DNA of 55,003 nt from a virus. Lineage: Duplodnaviria > Caudoviricetes. The notes below the pieces were generated by a model. The model was not told the DNA's origin. It did no database searches and saw nothing but the letters and a program-made list of their open reading frames with translations. Both the position numbers and the translations under genes were made by a program. Below are positions 26,777-37,487 of the stretch, piece after piece. Every line of letters begins with the position of its first letter. Within the stretch, counting starts at the first letter, position 1. The stretch is from positions 1-55,003 of IMG/VR virus record IMGVR_UViG_3300049489_001135, one strand, 5' to 3'.

Positions 26777-28087
26777 TTATCCTCTAGGAGCGGTAAATGT
26801 AATGTTTAAATCGCCCCAATCTACAAAAGCTTGCTGAGCACTAACTCCAGCAGTCTTTAGAATTTTCCAACCAAATCCAAACAATTGAGCACCAGTTGGA
26901 ATATTAGTAGCATGAGAACCAACTAAAACTCCATCAATATAAAATTGAGCCAAAGTAGCATCTTCATTAACATATACTGCAAATATTTGAGGATTATTTA
27001 CTAACACTGGACTAGATGTTGTAGTAGTTGTTTGCACATTTGCTGCACTGGTGACAATTTCCCAATTTACATTTACACCATTTCCTAAAAATCTAAAATA
27101 AACACCGTCAATATGTTGTTGTGTAGCACCGGTATTATCTAGGAATCCAAAAGTAAATTCAAAAGGGTCCGGTACAGTTCCAGCACTTGGCAGCCATAAT
27201 CTACTGGAACAATTCATAATACTATATCCAGCAGCAAAAGAAGTTAAGCCAGTAGAAACTGTAGAACGTCCTGTTGTAGTGGTTCCGGTAGACATTTGCA
27301 TTACGCCTAAAGCTTTTAACGTATTATTTATTCCAGTACTAACTATAGTAGAAGCTGCTCCTGCACCGCTATTTCCAACAGAAAATCCATAAGAACCAGA
27401 AGTTACCGCAGCACCTGTAAAATCATCTTTAAATGCAACAGATAAATCAGGATTATATGGAGGAAGTACTCCTGGAGTAATAGTAGTGATTCTGCCACGA
27501 GAATCTACAGTAACATTAGCGGAATTGTATGTGCCAGCAGTTACTCCTGTTGTAGATAAGCTAAGTGCAGGATTATTAGCGACACCATTCCCATCTGCCA
27601 CTAAAATATCAGAATTTCCTGTAATACTTCTAGTAGCAACAGTGCCTGCACCTGTTCTTGAAATTAAACCAGTTGTTCCAAGCCCAGCCAAAGCTGTTAA
27701 ATCAGAATCTAATGGCTGCTTAACATCTAATTGTGCTTGTATGTTTGAAGATACTCCAGATAATCTACTAAGTTCAGTAGTAGTAATAGCACTAGTGGCA
27801 ATTTTTCCAAAACCGTTTGAAATAACGGCAACATCTGTTGGTAAATTTGCACTGACAATAGTTGTAGCTGCACCAGTTATTGTTGCTTGCTTTTCGCTAT
27901 CAAGTTCGTTAATAGCACCTTGAACATCTGTAGCAGAAATATTTCCGGCAGGGGTATTAGACACAATTCCTGCAGAATAATCTCCAGCTTGAGACACCAC
28001 TATGCCGGTACGACCGTTGAAGCTATCTACACCGGCTCCACCACCGCCGCCAGACGTTACTGGAAGCTTAATATATTGGCTTGCCAC
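26777..28087 (-). CDS. tail fibre/receptor-binding protein
   Basis: VDSFNGRTG, ATDVQGAINEL, KQPLDSDLTALA, TVDSRGRIT repeats; lectin-like C-terminus. Confidence 0.8.
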   Translation of the reverse strand: MASQYIKLPVTSGGGGGAGVDSFNGRTGIVVSQAGDYSAGIVSNTPAGNISATDVQGAINELDSEKQATITGAATTIVSANLPTDVAVISNGFGKIATSAITTTELSRLSGVSSNIQAQLDVKQPLDSDLTALAGLGTTGLISRTGAGTVATRSITGNSDILVADGNGVANNPALSLSTTGVTAGTYNSANVTVDSRGRITTITPGVLPPYNPDLSVAFKDDFTGAAVTSGSYGFSVGNSGAGAASTIVSTGINNTLKALGVMQMSTGTTTTGRSTVSTGLTSFAAGYSIMNCSSRLWLPSAGTVPDPFEFTFGFLDNTGATQQHIDGVYFRFLGNGVNVNWEIVTSAANVQTTTTTSSPVLVNNPQIFAVYVNEDATLAQFYIDGVLVGSHATNIPTGAQLFGFGWKILKTAGVSAQQAFVDWGDLNITFTAPRG

Positions 28088-28089
28088 GA

Positions 28090-28467
28090 CTAAACTCCCT
28101 TAACGTAACTGCGAGCAACAGTTAAAGTGCCTGAACCGCTAGTTTGTGTCCATACTACTCGTACCCAATTGTGTCCGGCATTTTGCACATCCCACATTAC
28201 GTTACCTGCTGCTGAGACTGTAAAAGCACTGTCAGCAATATCTGTCCAATTCATTAATCCAGCATCTTGAGCAGATTGAGTAGGAGCATTAATATCTCCA
28301 CGGTCGTTACTAGCTTGAAGTTTAAAATTTCCACCTGGAGTTCCAGTAAATACAAGTTGAATACTATAATTTACTATATGACCTAGCCAAATAGGATTTA
28401 AGGTTTGATTTGTAGATAAATCCAAAGGTCCTGAATCATCTAGCAAGTTTTCATTATTTACACGCAT
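28090..28467 (-). CDS. small beta-rich virion protein, paralogue of 31781-32134
   Basis: SIQLVFTG.P.G...QASND...W...VRV.WT.TSGSGT. Confidence 0.7.
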   Translation of the reverse strand: MRVNNENLLDDSGPLDLSTNQTLNPIWLGHIVNYSIQLVFTGTPGGNFKLQASNDRGDINAPTQSAQDAGLMNWTDIADSAFTVSAAGNVMWDVQNAGHNWVRVVWTQTSGSGTLTVARSYVKGV

Positions 28468-28520
28468 ATTTTTCTCCTTCTTTCCATCTTTCTTTTCGTG
28501 CTACAAATTATTGCAAAAAA

Positions 28521-29981
28521 TTACCAACTAATACGAACATATCCTGGGCCACCGGCTCCACTTGTAAAACCAGTTCTATTACCGCCTCCGGCATTAGCAC
28601 CAGTACCTCCGCCTCCACCACCACCAGAACCTCGCGAACCTTCTTGCCCACAATTTACAGAAGTTGGTGTGGAAATAGTAGTATATCCACCAGCTACTCC
28701 AACGCCTCCGGCTCCACCGATATTAATACTAGCACCACCACCGCCGCCATTGCCGCCGCGAAATCCAGTGGTTCCTAGGCCTCCATTGCTTGCTATAGAA
28801 GTTTGTCCTGTACCGCTTAATGAAGTTGGTCCACCACCAATATTACTTCCAGAGCCAGCACTTCCATTTCCACCACGTGAAGCAATAGGTGCTGCAATAT
28901 CTTGATTATTACCAGCTATGCCCACGCCTCCAGCACCGCCACCATTTAAACCCGTAAAACATACTCCACCAGCCCCGCCGTCAGCACCTGGAAATCTATA
29001 GGTTCCAGATAGACAAGAAATTTCTGTTTGGCCACCGCCACCACCTGAAGGAGCAGTAGCTCCACTTACAAATTGTCCTAAAGCACGAGAACCGCCATCA
29101 CCAAGAGTTACAGAAATAGTTTCACCAGGAGTTACAGAAATATTTGTGCTTATTACTGTGGCACCACAACCTCCAGCACCACCGCCTCCACCATGAACTG
29201 CAGCGCCAGTAGTCGGAACACCACCACCACCGCCGCCACCACCTCCGCCACCACAGCCAGTAACGGCAATAGTGGTAATATCTGCAGGCACTACAAAAGT
29301 TTTAGCTTCTGGAGTTGCTGACCAATCTTGACCAGAAAAACTTGTGAGCACTATATTTTGAAACCAAGTAGTATTTTTATTAACTGTTCCTTCATTTACA
29401 ATAGCTGCAAAATTATTTAAATCACCAAAAGTAGTAGTGCCTGTAGCACGGACCGGAGGACCAGAAACTCCAACCAAATATACTCCATTTTCACTATCTA
29501 CTGCTTGGTCTTTTAATAAAACTAAATCACCAACTACTAAAGTTACACTATCAATTGCATTTGAACCATTCGCAAATACATTTGTTAATGGAATATTTAC
29601 ACCAATTGATGCTACACTTACTTGATAATAGCTTTTAAAGTAAAACTCTTGGGTGCGATTATTGCCAGAAAGTTGTACCCATTGAGAGCCGTCATATATC
29701 CACAAACCTTCGGCCCTGCTAGTACCATCTGCGTAAAATACTTTACCAGTAGCAGGAGTTGGGTCTGAAGCTTGTGGCAAAAACGTTAAGTCATTTACAG
29801 TACTTAAAGCCCCAGAAGTTTGAACTTGTTGCCAAGCACCGCCCTGATAAACCCAAGGACCTGCTATTCTAGGTGTACCATCGGAGAAGAAAAAGTCTCC
29901 TTCAGCAGGATTAACTGGGTCTACACTTTGCGGAGTATACCTAATACGCTTTGCACTGGGACTTTGACCTGAAAATGACAT
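28521..29981 (-). CDS. tail fibre-like protein with glycine-rich C-terminal domain
   Basis: LVLLKDQ...ENGVY; FVVPADIT...GGGGGGG...GGPGYVRISW. Confidence 0.8.
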   Translation of the reverse strand: MSFSGQSPSAKRIRYTPQSVDPVNPAEGDFFFSDGTPRIAGPWVYQGGAWQQVQTSGALSTVNDLTFLPQASDPTPATGKVFYADGTSRAEGLWIYDGSQWVQLSGNNRTQEFYFKSYYQVSVASIGVNIPLTNVFANGSNAIDSVTLVVGDLVLLKDQAVDSENGVYLVGVSGPPVRATGTTTFGDLNNFAAIVNEGTVNKNTTWFQNIVLTSFSGQDWSATPEAKTFVVPADITTIAVTGCGGGGGGGGGGGVPTTGAAVHGGGGGAGGCGATVISTNISVTPGETISVTLGDGGSRALGQFVSGATAPSGGGGGQTEISCLSGTYRFPGADGGAGGVCFTGLNGGGAGGVGIAGNNQDIAAPIASRGGNGSAGSGSNIGGGPTSLSGTGQTSIASNGGLGTTGFRGGNGGGGGASINIGGAGGVGVAGGYTTISTPTSVNCGQEGSRGSGGGGGGGTGANAGGGNRTGFTSGAGGPGYVRISW

Positions 29982-29991
29982 ATTTTAATCC

Positions 29992-31779
29992 TTAAACTGA
30001 AGTTATAACTTCCCAAGTAGTGCCGTTGTAAACTTTTAACTTGCTAATAGACGTATCATAAAATACCATACCAGCAAATGGTGTGCTAGGGTCAGAAGCA
30101 TTAGCTGGCATTTGTAATCCAGCATCTGTCTGTCCTGCAAAAGTTAAATTTCCAACGCCATCGGTCATAATTGGAGCACCTAAAGAACCATCGGCGCTTG
30201 GTAGTGTCCAAGTTGTACTAGCACCTAGTCCAGTAGGAGCAGTAAGTCCAGAATATTGGCCTCCATTGGAATATATTTTTAATAAGGCCGGAGTAGTATC
30301 TGGACCTTGTCTAAATTCAAATTCTCCAACATTTGAATAAAAATTCATAGTTGATAAACTTTGAACTAATAATAGATTTCCTTGGACTCTTGTAATTGCA
30401 GGAGAAAAATTTCCTAATATTACATCATCAGACGAATCAATTTTTGCAATTCCAATATTTGCATTATCTGCAGCATTTCTTCCAAGTAAAAATTGGTCAT
30501 TAGGTAATGTAGCAACTGCAGGAGCCGACCAAGAACCAGAACCACTATTATCTATAGAAGTCCATACATGACCTACAATACCTTCTGTACCATCTTGTAG
30601 TTTTATATTACCAGCACTGCCAGAACCGCTTGCTTGTCCTACTTTAACTATTGTATCACCAGAAATACCATCCACTACGCTTCCAGAACCAATAGTTACT
30701 GCACCACTTGGACCAGAACCTGCAGAAATATCACCAGAAGTAAGAGATGCAAGTCCAGAACCAGCAGCTTGGTCATTATTACTAGATTTTAAAGTTAAAT
30801 TTCCGGTAGCAGCGCCACTGCCTGCTCCACCAGTTCTAATAAGTAAATCTTGACTTGCTCCAGCACCATTATCTTCAGTAACAACAGATGCAGGACTAGC
30901 AGTATCAAATACAATTCTAGGAGTAGTTGAAGTAATTCTGATTAAATTTCCAGCGAGAGTTAAAGAGCTACTTCCTGCATTTACATTTGCAGAGTATAAT
31001 TCAGAAAATCTAAATGAACTAGTTCCTAAACTATATGTATAATCAGTATCTGGAACAATATTAGCATCAACTGGAGTAGCCCAAGTAATGCCTCCTCCGC
31101 CTGCAGGTTGCCAACTTAAAATTCCATCGCCAGCAACATCTGTTAATACATCTCCAGCAGCGCCATAGGCATCTGGTAACGTAAATACAACAGTTCCAGC
31201 CATAGAATCTGGAGCTTTCAGTGCCACAGAATTTGCAGTATTTCCATCATATAAAGAAACTTGAGCACCAATTGTGTTGGAAGTATCTCCATACACATCT
31301 ACAAGTCCATTTAAAGGAGTTAATCCTATACCATTTAATCCAACAATATCTACATAATCTCCGCCAATATTTGTATTAATAGTGCTATCACCAATCTGAA
31401 CAGAATCATCACTACCGGCCCGAATTAAATCTATACTAGCATTATCAGCTAAATTTCTACCTAAAAGTGCAACACCATTTTTTAAAACAAGTGTTTTTGT
31501 AGCAGCCATATTTAGGTCTTGATTTACGTTTGTAGTAATCAAGTTGCTCATAGCAGTATTAGCCCCAGAACTAGAGCCATTTGCTGCAGCAGTAAGTCTA
31601 CCTTGTGCATCTACTGTAATATTAGCAGATGTATAACTGCCAGGTGTTACTGCAGTATTTGCTAGGGATAACGTGCCTGTAGTAGTAATTGGACCGCCAG
31701 TTAATCCTGTACCAGAACCTACAGAAGTAACTGTTCCAGAACTGCCACTAGACACTGGAGGAAAAGTAAAAGTTGCCAT
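29992..31779 (-). CDS. tail fibre protein
   Basis: GTVTSV..GTGLTGGPITTTGT, TVDAQGRLTAA, internal repeats, MVFYD..LKVYNG.TW. Confidence 0.8.
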   Translation of the reverse strand: MATFTFPPVSSGSSGTVTSVGSGTGLTGGPITTTGTLSLANTAVTPGSYTSANITVDAQGRLTAAANGSSSGANTAMSNLITTNVNQDLNMAATKTLVLKNGVALLGRNLADNASIDLIRAGSDDSVQIGDSTINTNIGGDYVDIVGLNGIGLTPLNGLVDVYGDTSNTIGAQVSLYDGNTANSVALKAPDSMAGTVVFTLPDAYGAAGDVLTDVAGDGILSWQPAGGGGITWATPVDANIVPDTDYTYSLGTSSFRFSELYSANVNAGSSSLTLAGNLIRITSTTPRIVFDTASPASVVTEDNGAGASQDLLIRTGGAGSGAATGNLTLKSSNNDQAAGSGLASLTSGDISAGSGPSGAVTIGSGSVVDGISGDTIVKVGQASGSGSAGNIKLQDGTEGIVGHVWTSIDNSGSGSWSAPAVATLPNDQFLLGRNAADNANIGIAKIDSSDDVILGNFSPAITRVQGNLLLVQSLSTMNFYSNVGEFEFRQGPDTTPALLKIYSNGGQYSGLTAPTGLGASTTWTLPSADGSLGAPIMTDGVGNLTFAGQTDAGLQMPANASDPSTPFAGMVFYDTSISKLKVYNGTTWEVITSV

Positions 31780-31780
31780 A

Positions 31781-32134
31781 TTAAGCTCCTACTGTCTTGC
31801 TAGTAAGTCTAGCAACTATTGTACCTGTACCGCTTGTATAACCATATTGTAAGCGTATTGAGGACATTGGAAGTAATTCAAATATTAAAATATGACTGCC
31901 AGAATTTCCTGTAATATTTATGGGAGCACCAAAATCTACAACATACCAATCATCGTTATCGCCATTTTGAGCTTCTACAATTACTTCACCTACAGGACTA
32001 GAGCCTGACCAAGTAATGTGAATACTAGCGTTATCTTGGTTAATTACTGAAGTAGTATTGCTTACAATTGGAGCAGACATATCTCCATTGTTTTCAAACA
32101 TGTTATAGGATTTTAGTACGTTTTTTCTTCCCAC
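31781..32134 (-). CDS. small beta-rich virion protein
   Basis: SIHITWSG.SP.G...EAQNG...W...IRLQY..TSGTGT; RBS AAGGAG. Confidence 0.7.
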   Translation of the reverse strand: MGRKNVLKSYNMFENNGDMSAPIVSNTTSVINQDNASIHITWSGSSPVGEVIVEAQNGDNDDWYVVDFGAPINITGNSGSHILIFELLPMSSIRLQYGYTSGTGTIVARLTSKTVGA

Positions 32135-32191
32135 GAATATCTCCTTTTGGGCTAAGGCTTTTGGCCTCGATAGGGTCTCTATTGCTATATG

Positions 32192-34507
32192 TTAGGACCT
32201 GTTGGCCACTTTTTGGGTTTCTGTCTGCATACGAGCAGCACTGTTTAAATTTTGAAGTCCAGTTTGAGAGCCCATGCGAAATGCACCTTGCTGGGCTTCT
32301 ACCTGCATAGGGTCATTTTGAGGCATAAAATTAGCCTGTAAACCTGCAATATTTGTAGGTTCTAGCGATAAATCAGTAGGTACGTCTAGCAAAATCCCTA
32401 GCTGCACTTTCTTATTGTATGGAATTTTCTCATCTTCGGTCGTCACTTTATCAATAATTTCTTGTCTTAGCTGCTCATACATTGCAGGATATACTGCCTT
32501 AAGAGCTTCCACATGTTCTCGCGTCAAAGTGCCTCGTTCCATATCATCAAATACGCTTAAAGGATGTTCTACGGCCTGCATGTAGCGTTCAAATTTAGCA
32601 ATTTCCATGCTTGATGGCTGATATTCTCGAGCAAAAACATTTGGCTGGCTTGGGTCTTTTGGCAACTTGTTTTCCAAAAATTTTGTAGCATTAATTAGCA
32701 CAGTATGGGTTTGATTGGAAATTTCAGGAGCTGCCTGTGCTATGCGTGCCGTAGATTTAGCTAAATGGTCAACCATTAGTTGCTCATCATTAGCAAGTGC
32801 TTCTAAGTTTTTGGCAGTGTTTGTAAATGCCTCCTGCTTGCTCTTGGGCGCTTCTCTAGTCTCATAATTTACGGCATAACCAGAATTTATTAAAGTGCGC
32901 AAACTAAGTTGCTTAGTAGGCTTTTTTGCCTTGGACACAAAATTATTTACAGAAGACTTTAGAGCATTGTTAAAAGATGTAGTTTGTGCTTGTATATCAG
33001 CTAATACTGCCGCTGCACGCCTAGCATCTGATTTTAGCAATTGTTTTAAACCAATGGCCGCTGCACCAAGTGGAGTGCTACCGGCCATGGCACCAATAGC
33101 AGTGCCTTTCACAACATCAGATAAACTTACAGCGCTGCTTTGGTTAATTTTTTTAGGCAAATATTTTTCAACAGTAGATGCCATGCTATAGGTTTTGTTG
33201 GCAGATTTTAAATCTGCAGCCATTTTTGCTACAGCTTCATCAGCACTATTGGATGCAATTTTATTAGCAGTATCATCTACAATACCACGCAATTCAGAGC
33301 GCAAAGTATTTGCAACATTTGCTTTAAAACTTTCAGCAGCTCCTCCACCTTTAAATTTTATACCTGCATATGTTTTTCTTAGATTATCTAATTCTAGCAA
33401 TCCAACAGGCCCAGCATCTGCATGGCCAACAAGCTTATTCAAATCTTTCTGAAACGCTTTTAACACATCTAATTCGGCTTTAGCGGAGCCTGGTGCTGCT
33501 TCAAATTTTGCTGCAAAATCATCTAGCCTACTTTGCAATTTAGTGGCAACTTCTACCCTTGAAGGCAATGTTTCTGGCAACACTTGGCCTGTAGATTCTA
33601 ATGTTTCAATAATATTGCCAATTTGTTTACCAGCCTGCTCTTTTACTAAAGTATTTTTAGCAAGCCTATCTTCTGCAGTTTGCAGCACGCCTAAGTCAAG
33701 TTTATTTACTAAATAATCAGGCAAATCTTGTTGAAAAGTTGGATGATATTTTGCTTCTTTTAGCGCCTTAGCAGGAGTAAGGCCAATAAGCTCGCTTGCT
33801 GCTAGCTCAGGGTCTACAATATTTTTTGCACCAGATGCCAGCTTATTAGTCAGTGGAGCAATGCCTTTTTTAGCTAGTGGCACTGTAGCTTTAGCACCAC
33901 CATATGCACCGCCCATTAGGCCACCTAATAAGGCACCAGCTCCGGCACCCGCTACTAAATTTTCTGCATTTAAATCTGCACGGCCTAAAGCACTTTCACT
34001 AATCACATTTCCTACACCGTAAATAGCACCTTCAGTGCCTATGGCAGTAGCTTTTTTGACTATTTCTTTAGCAGCTTGGGAACGAATTTTGCCGCTTACT
34101 AATTTTTCTAAACTTTGAGCAGTTAAAGCACCGGCTGCTTCTGTAGCACGTAATGGTGCAGAAACTCCTTTAGCAAGCGCAGAAGTGCCACCTGATACTA
34201 ATGCCGGACCAATAACCCCTAAAGCTGTTCCTGCCCCCGCTGCTATAGAAGACCGCTCTCTAGTTTCTCTAAGTCTCTCAGGAGATACGCCAAAAGTATT
34301 AACAAGTGCTTGGTCCGATAATCCTAATGTTGCAGCAGACAATGCAGAGCCTGCAGCAGCCTCTAGCGCAGAATCTCCATACTTAACATCTTTAGCAATC
34401 TCTGCGTCTAAAATATTCTCGTCTAATAGCTCAACAGTATCGCCAGACTCTATGGCGCTAGCATCAGAAACAATATCATCAAATATATTTGTAGAGTCAT
34501 CAGCCAT
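32192..34507 (-). CDS. internal virion (DNA ejection) protein
   Basis: Large Ala/Gly-rich helical protein with hydrophobic GxxxG segments, at the podovirus ejection-protein position. Confidence 0.65.
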   Translation of the reverse strand: MADDSTNIFDDIVSDASAIESGDTVELLDENILDAEIAKDVKYGDSALEAAAGSALSAATLGLSDQALVNTFGVSPERLRETRERSSIAAGAGTALGVIGPALVSGGTSALAKGVSAPLRATEAAGALTAQSLEKLVSGKIRSQAAKEIVKKATAIGTEGAIYGVGNVISESALGRADLNAENLVAGAGAGALLGGLMGGAYGGAKATVPLAKKGIAPLTNKLASGAKNIVDPELAASELIGLTPAKALKEAKYHPTFQQDLPDYLVNKLDLGVLQTAEDRLAKNTLVKEQAGKQIGNIIETLESTGQVLPETLPSRVEVATKLQSRLDDFAAKFEAAPGSAKAELDVLKAFQKDLNKLVGHADAGPVGLLELDNLRKTYAGIKFKGGGAAESFKANVANTLRSELRGIVDDTANKIASNSADEAVAKMAADLKSANKTYSMASTVEKYLPKKINQSSAVSLSDVVKGTAIGAMAGSTPLGAAAIGLKQLLKSDARRAAAVLADIQAQTTSFNNALKSSVNNFVSKAKKPTKQLSLRTLINSGYAVNYETREAPKSKQEAFTNTAKNLEALANDEQLMVDHLAKSTARIAQAAPEISNQTHTVLINATKFLENKLPKDPSQPNVFAREYQPSSMEIAKFERYMQAVEHPLSVFDDMERGTLTREHVEALKAVYPAMYEQLRQEIIDKVTTEDEKIPYNKKVQLGILLDVPTDLSLEPTNIAGLQANFMPQNDPMQVEAQQGAFRMGSQTGLQNLNSAARMQTETQKVANRS

Positions 34508-34508
34508 A

Positions 34509-36107
34509 TTATTTACCTTGCGTTAAGTTATAAAGACGTTCAATTTCTTCTACTGATTTTCCAGTTTCCTGTGCTTTTTTCTGAAAATATACTTCCTTAG
34601 AAAGCAAACGACCATCATTAGTTTTGATAAAAGTTTCAGGCCACACTTGAGCTTTAATATTTGAATTATCCGCTACTCGCTGTAATTCTGCACGCAAATC
34701 GTGAATAATAAAATTCATTTTAGCAGCTTGCACTGGAGGTAAATTGAATATTCCAAATTCCCCAATGGCTTTATCTAAAGCTTTTCGTTCAGTGTCACTA
34801 AGCGCACCTGGACCAGTATATGGCAAGCGAAGCGCACCAACAATAGCAGTGCGCATAGTTTCACCAGCGGCGCGGTCTTTTAATGCTGCCATGACTCCTT
34901 TTTCTCCTAAAGTGCGCAACAACCCTTTTTCAACCAAAGCCTTATATGGCTCTAATTTATTCATAGCAGCAGTTATAGACGCTTGTGATTCTTGAAACTT
35001 TTGAGCAGCGCTAGGATTAATAGCCTTATATGTTTTTCCACGAACTTGTACTAGACTTTTTTGCTCAGTTTCATTCATATTTTGAGCAAGCTGGGGGTCA
35101 ATAGCTTCGCCACGATATGCAGCCGCTAAAGCAGACTTTCCAGCATTTTTTTCAAATATTTCTTGTGCCTTTAAAGCTTGAGCACTTTCAATTTTAGCTC
35201 GCTCGACAGCCATTTCTTCTTGCTTTGCTTGAATCATTTGTTGTTGATATTGGTCTTGTGAACGTGCCTTTAGATTATCAAGTTTAGCATTAGAAATGTC
35301 TATTAGTTGCTTTTTTAGTGCTAGTTTGCCATCAGCCGTTAATTTATCTTTTTCTGCCTGTAAAGCTACTTGCCTATCAATAAAATCCATAACTGGATTA
35401 GATTTAGCACCAGTAAGCCCCTGAGACACAGCGCCGATAAATAGCGCAATAGATGCGCCTAATTTATTCTCAAAAGAATTACCTTGTAATACTTCTGGTA
35501 GGCTTTGAAAACGAACTGAATTATCTTGCTTACCAATTTCAGCTTGAATTTGTCTTTCTCTTTCTGCCAACTCATCTTGTTGTTTTATCAATGCAGCTTG
35601 AATTTCTGATTGAGCCATTTTAGTGGCTTCATGTTCTGCAACTGCATTTTGTACTGGTTTTATAATTTCTTCCGCTGCTACAGCTCTTTGCTCTTGAGTA
35701 GGTTGAATACTTGCTACAGGTTGTTCTACAACCGCCTCAACAGGCTGTGCTATTGCCTGCGCATTAACAACAGGCTGTTGGTCTACAACAGTTTCAGTAG
35801 GTATGCCATATTCTTCTTGAGCAAATTTTCTAATGTCTAAAGGATTAGGAATATTTTGTGCAGTTCTAGCGGCACCAATCATTTCAGAAGTAGGTTGATA
35901 TGGCACGTATGCCGGAGCAACTTGTGTAGCGGCTAGAGATTCAGGAGGATTTGGTTGTAAGCTTTCAGGCACTGTTTGCTCGACAATTGGCAATGCAACT
36001 TGGTCTTCTGCGGCCAATTCATTTGCAGTTTGTTGGTCAATTTCTCCAGACTGTAGTGCATTATTAATGTTTAAAATACGCTGTGCAGTTTCTTGGTCAG
36101 TTGCCAT
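34509..36107 (-). CDS. internal virion (DNA ejection) protein
   Basis: Gln/Ala coiled coil; GPGALSDTE motif; position. Confidence 0.6.
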   Translation of the reverse strand: MATDQETAQRILNINNALQSGEIDQQTANELAAEDQVALPIVEQTVPESLQPNPPESLAATQVAPAYVPYQPTSEMIGAARTAQNIPNPLDIRKFAQEEYGIPTETVVDQQPVVNAQAIAQPVEAVVEQPVASIQPTQEQRAVAAEEIIKPVQNAVAEHEATKMAQSEIQAALIKQQDELAERERQIQAEIGKQDNSVRFQSLPEVLQGNSFENKLGASIALFIGAVSQGLTGAKSNPVMDFIDRQVALQAEKDKLTADGKLALKKQLIDISNAKLDNLKARSQDQYQQQMIQAKQEEMAVERAKIESAQALKAQEIFEKNAGKSALAAAYRGEAIDPQLAQNMNETEQKSLVQVRGKTYKAINPSAAQKFQESQASITAAMNKLEPYKALVEKGLLRTLGEKGVMAALKDRAAGETMRTAIVGALRLPYTGPGALSDTERKALDKAIGEFGIFNLPPVQAAKMNFIIHDLRAELQRVADNSNIKAQVWPETFIKTNDGRLLSKEVYFQKKAQETGKSVEEIERLYNLTQGK

Positions 36108-36108
36108 A

Positions 36109-37116
36109 TTACACCTTTTTTCTAGCTTGCTTAGAAATTACTTCTTGCATGTCTAATTTTTTAGCAGATTTTTTTATAGCCTCTTGTTCTAAAATTTGAG
36201 CAACAAATCTTTTTGCTTTTTCGGGACTAGTTGCTACACTACGTGGAATAACTATCTCGCCTGGAGATAGCATGTGAGGTACTTTATCATTGGCAACAGA
36301 ATCTCCAGATTTTTCTGCTGTACCTTGTACTATTCCACCTTGGGCTTTAAATTTTAATTCTGGTCCAGTAGACCCAACTTGTGTGCCAGTTGTTGTTGGT
36401 TTTGAACCATAATATGAGCTTGCCAATTGTCCAGCAGCAGACAATAATGAACCTTCCATTTGTCTTTGATTTTGCACATTTCTAGAAGCAATATCTGCAT
36501 TTAAAGCATCAGCTTGAGCTTGTAACTGTGCCTGTTGAATTCTAGCACCAGTTTTAAATCCATAGCCGCTTTGTAAATTTTGGTTTATGCTTTGTCCTAA
36601 AACATTGCTTTGATTTAGCACAGCATTTTGTGCAGCTTGTTGTTCAGCAAGTCTAGCAGTTGCAGCGTCTTGTGCTAAGTTACGTCCAGCTTCTCCTTGT
36701 TGCTGCAATAATTGGCGCTGAGTAGTGCCAACATTTCTGCCACGCATTGCAGATGCTGCTGCAAGCTGTTGTGATAAATTTCTATTAGTAGCGCTTCTAA
36801 GTTGTGCTTCTGCCAAACTAGGGCCACGTCCCATAGCACGCTCAGATAATGCTTTAGCTACATCGGCAGCTTGCAAATTACCCTGCTGGGCAGTCATCAA
36901 ATCTCGTTGTTGAGTAGCAAGATTTGCGTAAGTATCGCCTTGCTTAATTACTCCGCCTAGATTTGGAGCACTAATTTTCTTTTCCTTAAGTGGGTCTACT
37001 GCATTTCCAATTGCTCCTCCAATTGCACCGCCTGCGGCCGCACCGGCTGGTCCCCCAAAAAAACCTCCTACGGCTGTACCAACTGCTGGTAATATTGACC
37101 TCGCTACACCACCCAT
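36109..37116 (-). CDS. internal virion/pilot protein
   Basis: Gly-zipper N-terminus, Gln/Ala-rich; GGIV.G....GDS..ND.V..MLSPGEIVIPRS. Confidence 0.65.
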   Translation of the reverse strand: MGGVARSILPAVGTAVGGFFGGPAGAAAGGAIGGAIGNAVDPLKEKKISAPNLGGVIKQGDTYANLATQQRDLMTAQQGNLQAADVAKALSERAMGRGPSLAEAQLRSATNRNLSQQLAAASAMRGRNVGTTQRQLLQQQGEAGRNLAQDAATARLAEQQAAQNAVLNQSNVLGQSINQNLQSGYGFKTGARIQQAQLQAQADALNADIASRNVQNQRQMEGSLLSAAGQLASSYYGSKPTTTGTQVGSTGPELKFKAQGGIVQGTAEKSGDSVANDKVPHMLSPGEIVIPRSVATSPEKAKRFVAQILEQEAIKKSAKKLDMQEVISKQARKKV

Positions 37117-37119
37117 AAA

Positions 37120-37455
37120 CTATACCTCTTTTTGGCTTAAATCTTTAGTTAAATAAATCATATCTTTATCACAACTTTCTAATTGAAATCCGCCTGCCAA
37201 AATTGCTTTTAGGCTTATGGTAGAACCGTTTGCGGGCGGAGAGCAACTTGTAACCAGTTTTAATTTCCCCGCTGCTATAGCAACTTGCTCAATATGCTTT
37301 AACATGCTCCAAGCTTGCCCAGTCATTCTTTTTTCAGGCACCACATACATATCTTGCAAGTAAATACTTTCTGGAAAAATTTTCAATACTACAAATCCGT
37401 GAGGAAACTCTACTAACTCAGCATTTTCTCGCTCTTTTAAGTAATCTTTATACAT
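37120..37455 (-). CDS. GNAT-fold acetyltransferase-like protein
   Basis: YLQDMYVVPEKRMTGQA; usual position between nozzle and ejection genes. Confidence 0.75.
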   Translation of the reverse strand: MYKDYLKERENAELVEFPHGFVVLKIFPESIYLQDMYVVPEKRMTGQAWSMLKHIEQVAIAAGKLKLVTSCSPPANGSTISLKAILAGGFQLESCDKDMIYLTKDLSQKEV

Positions 37456-37469
37456 GGTTAGCTCCAATA

Positions 37470-37485
37470 TGCAATAAATATGCCA
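37470..37485 (-). promoter_or_regulatory. sigma54-type motif
   Basis: TGGCATATTTATTGCA in the short gap between nozzle and GNAT genes. Confidence 0.55.
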
Positions 37486-37487
37486 TA

